NCBI GenBank assembly: GCA_038211425.1
Contig: JBBQVQ010000005.1
Location: 13,991 to 77,990, forward strand
DNA from: Candidatus Limnocylindria bacterium
Lineage (GTDB): Bacteria > Chloroflexota > Limnocylindria > P2-11E
Length of the DNA: 64,000 nucleotides
Direction: 5' to 3'
The notes under the pieces were generated by a model. It had not been told where the DNA came from. It ran no database searches and was given only the letters and a program-made list of their open reading frames with translations. Positions 37,670-47,890 of this stretch are shown piece after piece. The position numbers and the translations under genes were made by a program. The first letter of the stretch is position 1. The number at the start of each line of letters is the position of its first letter.

Positions 37670-38638
37670 ATGAAGACCACGGTGATCGGCGCATTTCCCA
37701 GGATCTCGGACGAAGCCGGCGGGCAGGAGTTGCGTCGCGCGCTCCACCGTCACGACCGGAATGAATTGGACAGCATCGGCCTCGATGCCGTCTTCGACTC
37801 CACGACCCGCCGCGTCATCGGCGAAATGGCGACCGTTGGCGTCGACGTCATCAACGACGGCCAGGTCCGCTGGGACGACATCTGCGCGCCGTTCGCGCGA
37901 GCTTGGGCCGGCGTGTCCCGCGGCGCTCTCGAGCGTTTCTATGACAACAACACATACTTCCGCCAACCCGTCATCGACGATGCCATAACGACCGAAGGCG
38001 CGACGCTGGTGCCCGACTTCACCGAGGCCCGAAGGATCGCCCGCGGCGAACTCAAGGCGGCGGTGTGCGGTCCGCTCACCTTCGCCACTCTCGCCGTGGA
38101 TCGCCACTACGGCTCGCTCGAGGACCGCACGCTCGCCATCGCAGACGCCATCGCCGCGGAGATCCGTGGCCTCGGCGCCGCGGGTGCGACGCTCGTCGAT
38201 GTGGAGGATCCCGCGCTGGTGGCGCGGCCACAACACATCGAGCTCGCCCGTGAGGCGTACACGCGACTCGCGGCGGCCGGAGTGCCACTCGCCGTACAGA
38301 CGTACTTCTTTCCGGCCGACCGCATCCTCGAGTCATTGGCCTCGTTCCCGGTGGCCCAAGTCGGCGTCGATGTGCGCAGCCGCGAGACCACTGTCCTGAA
38401 GCGCTTGGACGCGTTCAAACAGACCGTCGTGCTCGGCGTGGTCGACGCGCGCAACACTCGTCTCGAGCGTGAGGCGGAGGTCGGCCGCATCGTCGACGAC
38501 GCCCTCCGGCTGGTACCTTCGGAGCGACTCTGGCTCGCGCCAACGACCGGGCTGGAGTACCTCCCGCACAATGTCGCGACCGACAAGCTGTATGCACTCG
38601 TGAACATCGCGCGCGCCCAAGGAAAGGCGGCGGCATGA
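37670..38638 (+). CDS. MetE-like (beta/alpha)8 protein corresponding to the N-terminal, non-catalytic barrel of cobalamin-independent methionine synthase
   Basis: MKTTVIGAFPRISDE..GVDVINDGQVRWDD..YFRQPVI..; UROD/MetE-like pattern without an obvious His-x-Cys / Cys zinc set. ATG 37670 is chosen because the longer ORF start lies inside the riboswitch. Confidence 0.75.
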   Translation: MKTTVIGAFPRISDEAGGQELRRALHRHDRNELDSIGLDAVFDSTTRRVIGEMATVGVDVINDGQVRWDDICAPFARAWAGVSRGALERFYDNNTYFRQPVIDDAITTEGATLVPDFTEARRIARGELKAAVCGPLTFATLAVDRHYGSLEDRTLAIADAIAAEIRGLGAAGATLVDVEDPALVARPQHIELAREAYTRLAAAGVPLAVQTYFFPADRILESLASFPVAQVGVDVRSRETTVLKRLDAFKQTVVLGVVDARNTRLEREAEVGRIVDDALRLVPSERLWLAPTTGLEYLPHNVATDKLYALVNIARAQGKAAA

Positions 38639-39615
38639 CCGGCCTGCTGCTCACGACCACCGTGGGCTCTTTCGCGAAGCCCGAATACCTCCAGAAGGCC
38701 CGGAACCAGCAGGTGCGCGGAAAGGCATCGGCGAGCGACGTCCACGAGCTCGAGCGCAAGGCGACGGAGGAATGGATCCGCAGACAGGAGGACATCGGCC
38801 TCGACATCCTGGTCGACGGCGAGATGTATCGCGGCGACATGGTCGCCTACTTTGCGGAGCTGCTCGACGGGTACACCCAGGGCGGCCTGGTGCGTTCGTA
38901 TGGCAACCGCTACTACCACAAGCCAGTCATCTCGGGAAAGCTCTCCCGCCCGAAGCCCATGACGGTCGACTGGTTCACGTACTCGCAATCGCTCACCGAC
39001 CGTCCCGTGAAGGGCATGCTGACCGGTCCGTACACGATGCTCGACTGGTCGTACAACGAGGCGTATCCGACGCGCCGCGAGGCCGCGCTCGCGCTCGCCG
39101 AGGTCGTTCGGCAGGAGGCAGAGGATCTGCAGGCCGCCGGCGCGCGCTACATACAGATCGACGAGCCCGCGATCCATGCCCGCCCCGAAGAGCTCGATAT
39201 CGCGATCGAGGCGATGGGCATCGTCACAGCCAACCTCACGGCGAAAACGATCTCGCATATCTGCTACGGCGACTTCGCCGCCATCTATCCGGGCATCCTC
39301 GCTCTGCCCGTTGACCAGCTGGACCTCGCAATGGCGAACTACGAGTACAAGTACCTTGACCTCTTTGGCAGAGACCCGTTCAGCAAGGAGTTGGCGATCG
39401 GCATAGTCGATGTGCACAAGCATGAGCTCGAATCGGTGGACGAGGCGGCCGACGGCATCCGCAGGGGGCTGCGCCACGTCTCCGCAGATCGTTTGCTCCC
39501 GCACCCGGACTGCGGCCTCAAAACGCGCACGGTCGAGGAGTCGATCGCGAAATGCAGGGTCGTGGTCGAAGCCGCGCGCGTGGTGCGCGCTGAGTTGGCG
39601 GCCGTGCCCGCATGA
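38635..39615 (+). CDS. metE: cobalamin-independent methionine synthase catalytic (C-terminal-type) barrel, stand-alone (core MetE)
   Basis: ATGA overlap with the previous gene. TTTVGSFAKPEYL..DILVDGEMYRGDMV..YGNRYYHKPVI..VKGMLTGPYTML..IQIDEPA..SHICYGDF (His-x-Cys)..HPDCGLKTR (Cys). Confidence 0.85.
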   Translation: MTGLLLTTTVGSFAKPEYLQKARNQQVRGKASASDVHELERKATEEWIRRQEDIGLDILVDGEMYRGDMVAYFAELLDGYTQGGLVRSYGNRYYHKPVISGKLSRPKPMTVDWFTYSQSLTDRPVKGMLTGPYTMLDWSYNEAYPTRREAALALAEVVRQEAEDLQAAGARYIQIDEPAIHARPEELDIAIEAMGIVTANLTAKTISHICYGDFAAIYPGILALPVDQLDLAMANYEYKYLDLFGRDPFSKELAIGIVDVHKHELESVDEAADGIRRGLRHVSADRLLPHPDCGLKTRTVEESIAKCRVVVEAARVVRAELAAVPA

Positions 39616-40937
39616 GCGCCGCCGGGGAAACTACGGAGCTCATTCAGCAGCTGATCCGCAACGCTTGCGTCAACGACGGCACGCCTGATTCGGGCCAAGA
39701 GAGGCGCAGCGTGGACACCCTCGCCGCGTTCCTCGAGCACCCAGGCGTCGAGCTCCAACGGTACGAGCCACATCCGGGGCGGGGCAGCCTCGTGCTGCGG
39801 ATCGAGGGCTCGGATCCGCAGGCGCCGAGCCTGCACCTCATGGGGCACTTGGACGTCGTCCCGGTGAACGCCGAGGGATGGCGGCGCGATCCCTTCGGTG
39901 GCGAGCTCATCGACGGCGAAGTCTGGGGGCGAGGGGCGATCGACATGCTCGCTGTGACGGCGTCCATGGCCGTTTCGACCCGCGCGCTCCTTCGCGCGGG
40001 ATTCCGCCCTCGGGGGACGCTGGTGTATTCGGCCATGGCGGATGAAGAGGCTCTCGGGACGTACGGCGCGGCGTGGTTGACGGAGAACGCGTGGGACGAC
40101 CTGCGCACCGACTTCCTCCTCACGGAATTCGGCGGGGCGCGGTTGCCGCTTCCGGGGAAGGAGGGCCCGCTGCTTCCGGTCAGCAGCGGGGAGAAGGGTT
40201 CGCACTGGCTCCAGCTGCGCGTCCGCGGGCGTCCTGGTCACGGCTCGATGCCGTACCGCACGGACAACGCGCTGACGAAAGCGGCGGAGGCCGTCGCTCG
40301 GATCGGGTCGTACCAACCACCGGTCGAGCTGCACGATCTCTGGCAGCGCTCGGTCAAGGCGCTCGGGCTGCCCGCGGCGCTCGGACGCGATCCTGCCGCC
40401 CTCGATGCCGCGCTTCCGGAGCTTCCGCTGGGGCTCGCGCGGATGGTCCACGCCGGCACGCGCACGACCTTCACGCCGACCGTTATGCGCGGCGGCACGA
40501 AGGCGAATGTGATCCCCGACAACGTCGAGATCGTCGTCGACGTGCGAACTCTCCCCGGCCACGAACGCGACGAGGTGCGCAAGATGCTGGCGGACGCGCT
40601 CGGCGATCTGCGCGACGCGGTAGAGATCACCGGCGAAGGCGACAATCCCGCCACCGCGTCGCCGCTCGATACCCCGCTGTGGGAAGCGATCACCGGCGTG
40701 ACGCGACGTCTGGTGCCCGGCGCGACGCCGGTCCCGCTGATGCTCGTCGGCGCGACGGACGCCCGATTCTTCCGCCGCAAGGGCGTTGTCGCGTACGGCT
40801 ACGGCCTCTACAGCGAGCGAATACCGTTCAACGAGTTCGTCTCGATGTTCCATGGGAACGATGAGCGGGTCGACGTGGAGTCCCTCGACCTGATGGCGCA
40901 GCTGTGGGAGGGCATCGCCCGCCAGTTCGTCGGGTAA
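39612..40937 (+). CDS. M20-family metallopeptidase (ArgE/DapE/ACY1/CPG2 family)
   Basis: ATGA overlap with metE. LHLMGHLDVVPV..W..DPFGGE..DGEVWGRGAIDMLA..ADEE..GEKG..TDARFF. Confidence 0.85.
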   Translation: MSAAGETTELIQQLIRNACVNDGTPDSGQERRSVDTLAAFLEHPGVELQRYEPHPGRGSLVLRIEGSDPQAPSLHLMGHLDVVPVNAEGWRRDPFGGELIDGEVWGRGAIDMLAVTASMAVSTRALLRAGFRPRGTLVYSAMADEEALGTYGAAWLTENAWDDLRTDFLLTEFGGARLPLPGKEGPLLPVSSGEKGSHWLQLRVRGRPGHGSMPYRTDNALTKAAEAVARIGSYQPPVELHDLWQRSVKALGLPAALGRDPAALDAALPELPLGLARMVHAGTRTTFTPTVMRGGTKANVIPDNVEIVVDVRTLPGHERDEVRKMLADALGDLRDAVEITGEGDNPATASPLDTPLWEAITGVTRRLVPGATPVPLMLVGATDARFFRRKGVVAYGYGLYSERIPFNEFVSMFHGNDERVDVESLDLMAQLWEGIARQFVG

Positions 40938-40940
40938 TAA

Positions 40941-40964
40941 GCGCGCCCGTTTGGGGCGCGTTTG
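40941..40964 (+). terminator. intrinsic terminator after the metE-M20 operon
   Basis: CGCGCCC (40942-40948), loop gtttg, GGGCGCG (40954-40960), then TTT. It starts 4 nt after the TAATAA double stop. Confidence 0.6.
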
Positions 40965-41053
40965 GCCACCGCGCGCTCGCGTTACTGCGCGTGCCTTGCG
41001 GCTCCCTGGCCGGCCGAAGTTTCGCGGACCGGAGTCCATGCCTGCCGGGGTCC

Positions 41054-41071
41054 GAGGGGCTGAGCCCCCTC
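41054..41071 (-). terminator. short GC hairpin immediately after the helicase stop (possible terminator; no U-tract)
   Basis: GAGGGGC tga GCCCC(C)TC, 2 nt downstream of the TGA at 41073-41075 on the minus strand. Confidence 0.3.
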
Positions 41072-41072
41072 G

Positions 41073-42206
41073 TCATCTGGTGTAGAGGTCTAGCACCTCG
41101 CGGCGGAAGGGCACTCTCGCCTGCTTGCGGAGCGTGTCGAACTGGTCGAAGTCCCATTCCCCGACGAAGGTGACCGCGACGCCGCTCTTGCCGACCCGCC
41201 CGGTCCTGCCCACGCGATGCGTGAACGTGTCGGCGTCCTCCGGCAGGTCGTAGTTGATGACGTGGCTGATGTCCTCGATGTGCAGTCCGCGCGCCGCCAC
41301 ATTGGTCGCGACCAGCAAGGGGATCTTTCCCTCGCGGAACGCCTCCAGGGTGCGCTCACGCTCGCGCTGGTGCATGTCCCCATGGATCGCCGCGACCCGG
41401 TGGCCGCGTCGCTGCAGCGTCTCCAAAAGCCGATCAACGCCACGCTTGGTGTGCCGGAAGACGAGGACCTGCTCGATCTGGTACTTGCGCAGCAGCTCCT
41501 CGAGCGCCTTGACCTTGTCCTCTTCGAGGACCTCGATGTAGATCTGCTCGATCGCCTCGAGGTTCTGCTGCTCTGGGTGGATAACGACCTGCGCGGGGTC
41601 GCGCGTAAAGCTGTGCGCGAGGTCCTTCACCGCGCCCGCGAGCGTGGCGCTGAAGAGCGCTGTCTGACGCTTCGCCGGACAGTGCCGCAGCAGTCGCCTT
41701 ACTTCCGGCGCGAACCCCATGTCGAGGAGGCGGTCGGCTTCGTCGAGGATCACCACTTCCAGACCGGAGAGGTCGAGCGTGCCCCGCTCGATGTGGTCGA
41801 GCAGGCGGCCGGGGGTCCCAACGACCACCGCCGCCCCGCGCTTGAGCGCGCGCTCCTGCTGGCCGTAACCGACGCCGCCGTACACGGCGATCTCGTGCGC
41901 GTGCCGATACCTCCCGAGGGCCGCGAACTCCCGCGTCACTTGCACGGCGAGCTCGCGCGTCGGGACGACGACCAGAGCCTGCGGACGCTTCGCCTCGGGG
42001 CGGACGCGCTCGAGGATCGGGATGGCGAAAGCGGCGGTCTTTCCGGTCCCCGTCTGGGCTTGCGCCAGCAGGTCGCGACCGCTCTGCAGGATCGGTATCG
42101 CCTTCTGCTGGACCGCCGTGGGGGCCATGAAGCCGAGGTCGCTGATCGCTCTCGCTATGTCGGACTGGACGCTCAGGTCGCCGAAACGGGCAACGCCAAC
42201 GAGCAC
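41073..42206 (-). CDS. DEAD-box ATP-dependent RNA helicase
   Basis: Q-motif FGDL..GF..PTAVQ. Motif I AQTGTGKTAAF, motif II VILDEADRLLDMGF, motif III SAT, motif VI HRVGRTGRVG. Confidence 0.93.
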   Translation of the reverse strand: MLVGVARFGDLSVQSDIARAISDLGFMAPTAVQQKAIPILQSGRDLLAQAQTGTGKTAAFAIPILERVRPEAKRPQALVVVPTRELAVQVTREFAALGRYRHAHEIAVYGGVGYGQQERALKRGAAVVVGTPGRLLDHIERGTLDLSGLEVVILDEADRLLDMGFAPEVRRLLRHCPAKRQTALFSATLAGAVKDLAHSFTRDPAQVVIHPEQQNLEAIEQIYIEVLEEDKVKALEELLRKYQIEQVLVFRHTKRGVDRLLETLQRRGHRVAAIHGDMHQRERERTLEAFREGKIPLLVATNVAARGLHIEDISHVINYDLPEDADTFTHRVGRTGRVGKSGVAVTFVGEWDFDQFDTLRKQARVPFRREVLDLYTR

Positions 42207-42316
42207 GGGTGCTGCGGCTATCAGTTGGTACTCCGTTCTATTTCACGCCAACTGTACCGGAAGCGGACGGACCTGTCACCACGGGAACATCGCCCGATCC
42301 CGGCCCGCGCACCCAT

Positions 42317-43453
42317 ATGCTGAAGATCATGGCTGGCTCGGTCCTCATCGCGCGCATCTTCGGCATCGATATTCGCGTGCACCTGTCGTGGCTCGTCATC
42401 TTTGGCCTCGTGCTGCTGACGCTTTCCGACCAGATCCTGCCCGAGCGTTACCCGTTCTGGTCGGATCAGAAGACCCTCATCGTCGCGGCGATCGCCGCGC
42501 TCCTGTTCTTCTGCTCCGTGCTCGCGCACGAGCTCGCGCATGCCCTCGTCGCCCGGCGCTTCCGCATGTCCGTGTCCTCGATCACGCTGTTCTTGCTGGG
42601 CGGCGTCGCGAATCTGACGAAGGAACCGCCGAGCGCCAAGGCCGAGTTCTTCATGGCGGCGGCAGGACCGTTCACGAGTCTGTGCATCGGCGGGCTGGGG
42701 GTGCTCGTGGCGACGGTGGCCGAGGCTCCCGTGCTGCAGCCGGTCCAGGCGGTCGCCGACTACCTCGGATGGGTGAACATCGCCCTCGCGCTGTTCAACA
42801 TGGTGCCCGGGTTCCCTCTCGACGGAGGCCGGGTGCTCCGGTCGGCCGTATGGGCGGCTCGAAAGGACCGGTCCCTGGCGACGCGCGTCGCGGGACGCGG
42901 CGGTCAGATCGTCGCCGGCCTGCTGGCACTCTTCGGCCTGGTCGTCCTGGTCCGCTTCAACAACACGTTCGGCATCTGGTACGCGTTCATCGGGTACTTC
43001 CTCTTCAACGCCGCGAGCTCGGCGCTCCAGCAAGACCGCATCGGCAACGCCGTCGGCGGCGCCACTGTCGCGCAGCTCATGTCGACCGAGTTCACGGCAG
43101 TGCCCAGCGGCACTTCGCTGGCGGCGCTCGTCCGCGACCACTTCCTCCCGCGCAACCTTCGCGCCGCACCGGTCATCTTTGGAACGCGCTTCCTTGGGCT
43201 CGTCAGCGCTGCCGATCTGCGCAAGGTCGAGCAGGAGCAGTGGGCCTCCACCCCGGTGGACAACGTGATGCGGCGGACGGACGAGCTGCCCACCGTCACG
43301 CCCGAGGACCGGCTCCTGACCGCCGTCGAGAGATTCGGGGAGTCACCGCTGCTGCCGGTCGTGCGCGACGGCACGATCATCGCGGTCCTCGATCGCGACG
43401 CGGTGTTCGGCTATATCCGCATGCGCGACGTGCTCGGCATCGACCGCAGGTAG
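42317..43453 (+). CDS. M50-family site-2 protease with a C-terminal CBS-domain pair
   Basis: HELAHALVARRF (HExxH), NMVPGFPLDGGRVL, then two CBS-like repeats (ATVAQLMSTEFTAVP.., VDNVMRRTDELPTVTPED..LPVVRDGTIIAVLDRDAV). ATG 42317. Confidence 0.87.
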   Translation: MLKIMAGSVLIARIFGIDIRVHLSWLVIFGLVLLTLSDQILPERYPFWSDQKTLIVAAIAALLFFCSVLAHELAHALVARRFRMSVSSITLFLLGGVANLTKEPPSAKAEFFMAAAGPFTSLCIGGLGVLVATVAEAPVLQPVQAVADYLGWVNIALALFNMVPGFPLDGGRVLRSAVWAARKDRSLATRVAGRGGQIVAGLLALFGLVVLVRFNNTFGIWYAFIGYFLFNAASSALQQDRIGNAVGGATVAQLMSTEFTAVPSGTSLAALVRDHFLPRNLRAAPVIFGTRFLGLVSAADLRKVEQEQWASTPVDNVMRRTDELPTVTPEDRLLTAVERFGESPLLPVVRDGTIIAVLDRDAVFGYIRMRDVLGIDRR

Positions 43454-43528
43454 CGCACACCCTCGCGGCAGCCGGACTGCGCCGATCGCGGCCACAGCTC
43501 TGCTCGGGTCACGGCGGGCCGGCGCGTC

Positions 43529-44206
43529 TCACTCGATCCGGTCCTCGAGCTCCCAGGCGTGGTCGAGGATGTGCCAGGCGGCGCGCCGGATCGCGTACCT
43601 GGGAGGCCAGCGTTCCGCGCCTCGAGCTCCCAGCGAGGGGATATCGCCGCTGATACGACGCGAGAAAGCGTCGAGGAATGCCTCGCGTGTCGCTGCCGAT
43701 CGCGCGTGCAGCTCCTTGGCGAGCGATCCTGCATCACCGCCGAGACGAGATAGGTAGGCCGCCTCCGCGTCGACGACGTGCTTGCGGATCTTGTCGCGGT
43801 CACGGCCGCCTCCGCGCGGTCCCTTCCTGAGGGGCCGGCCTTCGGCGACGTGCATGAGCTTGTCGAACCGCATCCAGCACGCTTTGATGATCTCGGCAAG
43901 CCGCTCGGCATCTCGATCATCGACTGCTGCCTTCTCGTCCGACTGGGGGATCCCTCCGGGAGCTCCGAAATCCGTGGTGCTGCTGCCCTCGAGTCGCTCG
44001 GCCACGTGCAGGTCGGATGCCGCGTTCGGTAGCTGGAGTTCCCGGCCCGCGCCCCCAAGAACGTCCTTGTATCGAGGCCCGCAGGCCACGAGCGCGTCCA
44101 GAGCGGCCGCCTCATCCCTTCCGCTTCGGCACCATCCCGGCCATTCCTGAGCTGCGGCGAATATCCGCTTTGTGCCGACCTCCAGATAGACGCTGATCCC
44201 CGGCAC
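43529..44206 (-). CDS. hypothetical protein (possible DinB-like C-terminal helical domain)
   Basis: 225-aa ATG-started ORF with balanced composition. The C-terminus ..AAWHILDHAWELEDR resembles DinB-type His motifs. Weak assignment. Confidence 0.5.
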   Translation of the reverse strand: MPGISVYLEVGTKRIFAAAQEWPGWCRSGRDEAAALDALVACGPRYKDVLGGAGRELQLPNAASDLHVAERLEGSSTTDFGAPGGIPQSDEKAAVDDRDAERLAEIIKACWMRFDKLMHVAEGRPLRKGPRGGGRDRDKIRKHVVDAEAAYLSRLGGDAGSLAKELHARSAATREAFLDAFSRRISGDIPSLGARGAERWPPRYAIRRAAWHILDHAWELEDRIE

Positions 44207-44207
44207 C

Positions 44208-44729
44208 TCAGCCGGTGCGTCCGGTCCCGTGTCCGGCCTCGCCGCTCTCGCCCGCCAGCAGCTCCACGGCGTGCGGAAGGACAGGTAGGAGCACCTCGAG
44301 CGACTCGCGCACGGCGCGCGGCGATCCGGGGAGATTCACGACGAGCGCACCGCGGAGCGACCCAGCGACGCCGCGCGAAAGCATGCCGTGCGGGGTCTTC
44401 TCGAGGGAGCGCAGCCGCAGCGCCTCCGAGATCCCGGGAGCCTCCCGTTCGATCACGCGTCGGGTCGCTTCGGGTGTGACGTCGTTCGGCGAGAGGCCGG
44501 TGCCGCCGGATGTGAGTACGACACTCGCTCCTTTGCGTACCGCACTCAGGATCGCAGCCGCGATGCGTTCGGCATCGTCGGGAACGAGCTCGGCTGAGAT
44601 CACGCCGATCCCGGCGGCGGCCAGCGCTTCGCGCATGGCAGGGCCGCTCTCGTCTTCGCGCTCGCCGGCGTGGCCCTTGGTGCTCACGGTGATGATCCCC
44701 GCACATACGGCGGAGGCGCGAGTGCTCAC
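44208..44729 (-). CDS. moaB: molybdenum cofactor biosynthesis protein MoaB/MogA family
   Basis: GTGA overlap with the moaC stop. [64 protein letters not shown]. Confidence 0.88.
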   Translation of the reverse strand: MSTRASAVCAGIITVSTKGHAGEREDESGPAMREALAAAGIGVISAELVPDDAERIAAAILSAVRKGASVVLTSGGTGLSPNDVTPEATRRVIEREAPGISEALRLRSLEKTPHGMLSRGVAGSLRGALVVNLPGSPRAVRESLEVLLPVLPHAVELLAGESGEAGHGTGRTG

Positions 44730-45208
44730 TCGGCTTCGTACGCTCCGGAGGCGCCGCCCGATTTGCTCGCCAGTCTGACGTCGGTGAGGCGCGCGCCGCG
44801 CTCGGCCGCCTTCAGCATGTCGTACAGCGTCAGGCCCGCGACGGCCACTGCCGTCAACGCCTCCATCTCCACTCCCGTCGGCCCGGTCGTCGCCGCCGTC
44901 GCTTCGATGGCGATGCCCTCCGCGATGAGCTCCAGGTCGATCGCGACGTGAGTCAACGCGATGGGATGACACAACGGGATGAGGTCGCTCGCGCGCTTCG
45001 CTCCCATGATGCCCGCGATCCGCGCCGTCGCGAGCACATCGCCCTTCTTCGTGGCTCCGGCGCGCACCAGTGCGAGCGTCTCGGGAGACAGGCGGAGAAG
45101 CCCGCGCGCGACCGCCCGTCGCTCAGTGTCCGGCTTCGCGCCGACGTCGACCATTCGCGCCCGCCCTCGTTCGTCCACGTGGCTGAGCGCGCGGCTCCGC
45201 GCCTTCAC
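44726..45208 (-). CDS. moaC: cyclic pyranopterin monophosphate synthase MoaC
   Basis: [77 protein letters not shown]. Confidence 0.93.
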   Translation of the reverse strand: MKARSRALSHVDERGRARMVDVGAKPDTERRAVARGLLRLSPETLALVRAGATKKGDVLATARIAGIMGAKRASDLIPLCHPIALTHVAIDLELIAEGIAIEATAATTGPTGVEMEALTAVAVAGLTLYDMLKAAERGARLTDVRLASKSGGASGAYEAE

Positions 45209-45224
45209 CTCGATGCGCGCTCCA

Positions 45225-46475
45225 TCAGTGGTCCTCTGGAAGCTCCGTGAGGATGAGGTTCACCCGCTCGCCAGGCGCCACCCGGGCGATGCCCTGAGGA
45301 ACGTCGATCAGGCAGTTCGCGAGCGCCATCGAACGCAGGATTCCGGAGCCCTGCGGTCCGGTCGTGCGCACTTCTTGAGCGCCGTCGTAGACGCCCCGCG
45401 CGAAGAAGCGCAGATGCGTCGGCTTTTCGATCGTGTCGCGCAGCGTCGCGGCCGTCCGAGGGCGCCCGAGCTTGGTGCGGCCGGCCATTCGCAGGAGCGC
45501 CGGACGAACGAAGAGCTCGAAGGTCAGGAGCGCCGACACGGGGTTCCCGGGCAACCCGAATATCGGCGTCATCCTGTCGCCTGCCTGCAGCTCGCCGAAC
45601 GCGAGAGGACGCCCGGGACGGATCGCGATGGACCAGAAGTCCATGGTCCCCAGCTCCTCCACGACCGGCTTCACGTGGTCGTGATCGCCGACCGAAACGC
45701 CACCGCTCGTGACCACGCAGTCGGCCGCGGACGCTTCGACCAGGGCGTCGCGGAGTTCCTGCGCGGTGTCCCGCACGATGCCAAGGGGCCACGGCTCGCA
45801 TCCCGCGGCGGCGACCGCCGCGCCGAGGGAATAGCGATTCGCATCGCGCACCTGGCCGGGTCCCAGGGGCGCGTCCAGGTCGACGAGCTCGTCGCCCGTC
45901 GACAGGATGGCGACGCGAGGGCGGCCGATGACGCTGAGCCGCGCCATCCCCATCGCGGCGAGCACTCCGATCTCCGCCGCCCGGAGGACGGTGCCTTTTC
46001 GGAACACCACCTCCCCGGCCCGAAGGTCCTCACCTGCCTGGCGCACCGAGAGCCCGTGAGCCGTCGCGACCGTCACGGTAACGGCGTCGGCACCGTCGTC
46101 CGTGTCCTCCACCCGCACGACCGTGTCCGCTCCGTCCGGCATCGGCGCACCGGTCATGATCCGGACGGCCTCCCCTGGACCGATTCTGCCGCCCGGCACC
46201 TCACCCGCAGCTATGGAGCCGACGACCTTCAGCCGGACGGGCGCCTCGGTCACGTCGGCTCCGCGCACCGCGTAGCCGTCCATCGCCGAGTTGCGGAAGG
46301 GCGGGACGTCTCCGGGGGCCTCCACGTCAACGGCGAGCGTCTGACCCAGGAGGTGCGGAGCCAGTGGGAGCACGTGCACCCGGAGCGGATGGATACGTCC
46401 GAGGATCCGCGCCAGCGCGTCATCGACCGTGAGGCTGCGGGTCGCGGCTTTCGCCGCTGAGGGGCTGGTGGCCAC
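45225..46475 (-). CDS. moeA: molybdopterin molybdenumtransferase MoeA
   Basis: [79 protein letters not shown]. Confidence 0.92.
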   Translation of the reverse strand: MATSPSAAKAATRSLTVDDALARILGRIHPLRVHVLPLAPHLLGQTLAVDVEAPGDVPPFRNSAMDGYAVRGADVTEAPVRLKVVGSIAAGEVPGGRIGPGEAVRIMTGAPMPDGADTVVRVEDTDDGADAVTVTVATAHGLSVRQAGEDLRAGEVVFRKGTVLRAAEIGVLAAMGMARLSVIGRPRVAILSTGDELVDLDAPLGPGQVRDANRYSLGAAVAAAGCEPWPLGIVRDTAQELRDALVEASAADCVVTSGGVSVGDHDHVKPVVEELGTMDFWSIAIRPGRPLAFGELQAGDRMTPIFGLPGNPVSALLTFELFVRPALLRMAGRTKLGRPRTAATLRDTIEKPTHLRFFARGVYDGAQEVRTTGPQGSGILRSMALANCLIDVPQGIARVAPGERVNLILTELPEDH

Positions 46476-46687
46476 TGAGCCGAGTTTAGGAGGCCCGTCG
46501 CCCAGGGCAGGTCACGGCGGCGTCAAAGCGAAATCAGATGGGGATCCTGAGCGCTCATCCCGCCGAATGGTCGTGTGTTTGTGGGTCTTGCAAGCGAACG
46601 GAGGCTCCACACCTGTTCCGTTCGACACGGCGCGGGGGCACGCGGGATGCATAAAGTTCTGCAGCAACGCGAAAGGAGGAAGTAAGC

Positions 46688-46951
46688 ATGGGATTCATCT
46701 TGTTCCTGGTCATGGGACTGATCGCGGGATTCATCGCGCGAGCGCTGGTCCCGGGACCGGACCCAATGGGCTGGGTGGGCACGATGGTGCTCGGCATCAT
46801 CGGCTCGTTCGTGGGCGGCACCCTGGCCGCGCTCTTTTTCGGCGGCGGAACATTCGAGTTCACAACGGCCGGACTCATCGGCTCGATCATCGGCGCCATC
46901 ATCGCGCTGCTGGTCTGGCGGATGTTCAACAGCCGCAGAGCGGTCGCCTAG
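46688..46951 (+). CDS. GlsB/YeaQ/YmgE-family stress-response membrane protein
   Basis: MGFILFLVMGLIAGFIARALVPG.DPMGWVGTMVLGIIGSFVGG. Strong SD AAAGGAGGAAG upstream. Confidence 0.85.
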   Translation: MGFILFLVMGLIAGFIARALVPGPDPMGWVGTMVLGIIGSFVGGTLAALFFGGGTFEFTTAGLIGSIIGAIIALLVWRMFNSRRAVA

Positions 46952-46965
46952 CGACCGCGCCCCGG

Positions 46966-47847
46966 CTACGCCACGCTCCGCTCCTCGTCCCTGGCCAGGG
47001 ACTCCCCGGCAAGACGCAGGAGCGCGAGCGTGGTCGGCACCCCTGTGGACCAGGTCGCCGACCCGGTCCGCACTCGCCATCTCGCGCCGCTGAAGGCTCG
47101 CACGGAGGCGGTCGTCGATCGGAGCAGTTCCTCCAGACGTTGCCGCAGCACGGCAGCCACGAGATCGCCCTTGTCCTCCCCGCGGGACCCCCTTGCGACC
47201 AACAGCGCGACGCCTTGGTCCCCGTAGCGATATGGCGCCACATCCACACCCAGAAGTGTGGTCGCGCCCCCGAGCATGGCGCGGATCACCCGGTGCACGA
47301 GCGCGCGTCGTGTGGCTTCCGCCGGGTGCGAGACCTCGAGCGCTCCGAGCGTTATCGCGAAACCGGCGCCTCCATCCCGGGCGGCCGCCACTCGTTCCCG
47401 CACGGTCGCCACCAGCACCCGGTCGAGGTACGCGTCGGCCACCGGCGCGGCTCGTGGCAGGCTGGGGGCGGGGATCGCGGGGGCCGCGCCACACCCGGCG
47501 TCGGCGTCCCCGAGAAGCTTCAGGGCGCTCTTTATCACCGCGCTCCAGCGCTCGCGCTCGGCCACGCGTTCGGCGGCGCCCAGCGCCGTGAGCGCGACCG
47601 CGCCGTCGGCAATGGGTGCCACGTGCCCGCCTTCGATCAGCGATTGGAGAGCGCGCCCGAATGCACCATTCGCGATCGGCAAGCGCTCTGCGGACGCGCG
47701 TGCGAGAAGCGCCGCCGGGCGGCCCGGGGTATGCGCGAGCGAGTCCAAGACGAACAGCCGGAAATACGCCGTCGCGAGGCCCGTGAGCGCGGGACGGACC
47801 ATAGGTCGCTCCTCCGAGTCTTTACTCGGAAGATGTTTTCGGCGCAC
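46966..47847 (-). CDS. putative regulator: N-terminal winged-helix-like region plus a degenerate GGDEF domain (GGDEF replaced by GDQGV)
   Basis: ..FAITLGALEV(S)H..RVIRAML..VAPYRYGDQGVALLV..LRQRLEELL..RTGSATW..TLALLRLAGESLARDEE follows the spacing of a GGDEF domain. It is directly downstream of rho on the same strand. The start is uncertain. Confidence 0.55.
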   Translation of the reverse strand: MRRKHLPSKDSEERPMVRPALTGLATAYFRLFVLDSLAHTPGRPAALLARASAERLPIANGAFGRALQSLIEGGHVAPIADGAVALTALGAAERVAERERWSAVIKSALKLLGDADAGCGAAPAIPAPSLPRAAPVADAYLDRVLVATVRERVAAARDGGAGFAITLGALEVSHPAEATRRALVHRVIRAMLGGATTLLGVDVAPYRYGDQGVALLVARGSRGEDKGDLVAAVLRQRLEELLRSTTASVRAFSGARWRVRTGSATWSTGVPTTLALLRLAGESLARDEERSVA

Positions 47848-47890
47848 TCTTGCGCGGACTCCTTGCAGGTCTGCTCGCGGGGCTATCCCG

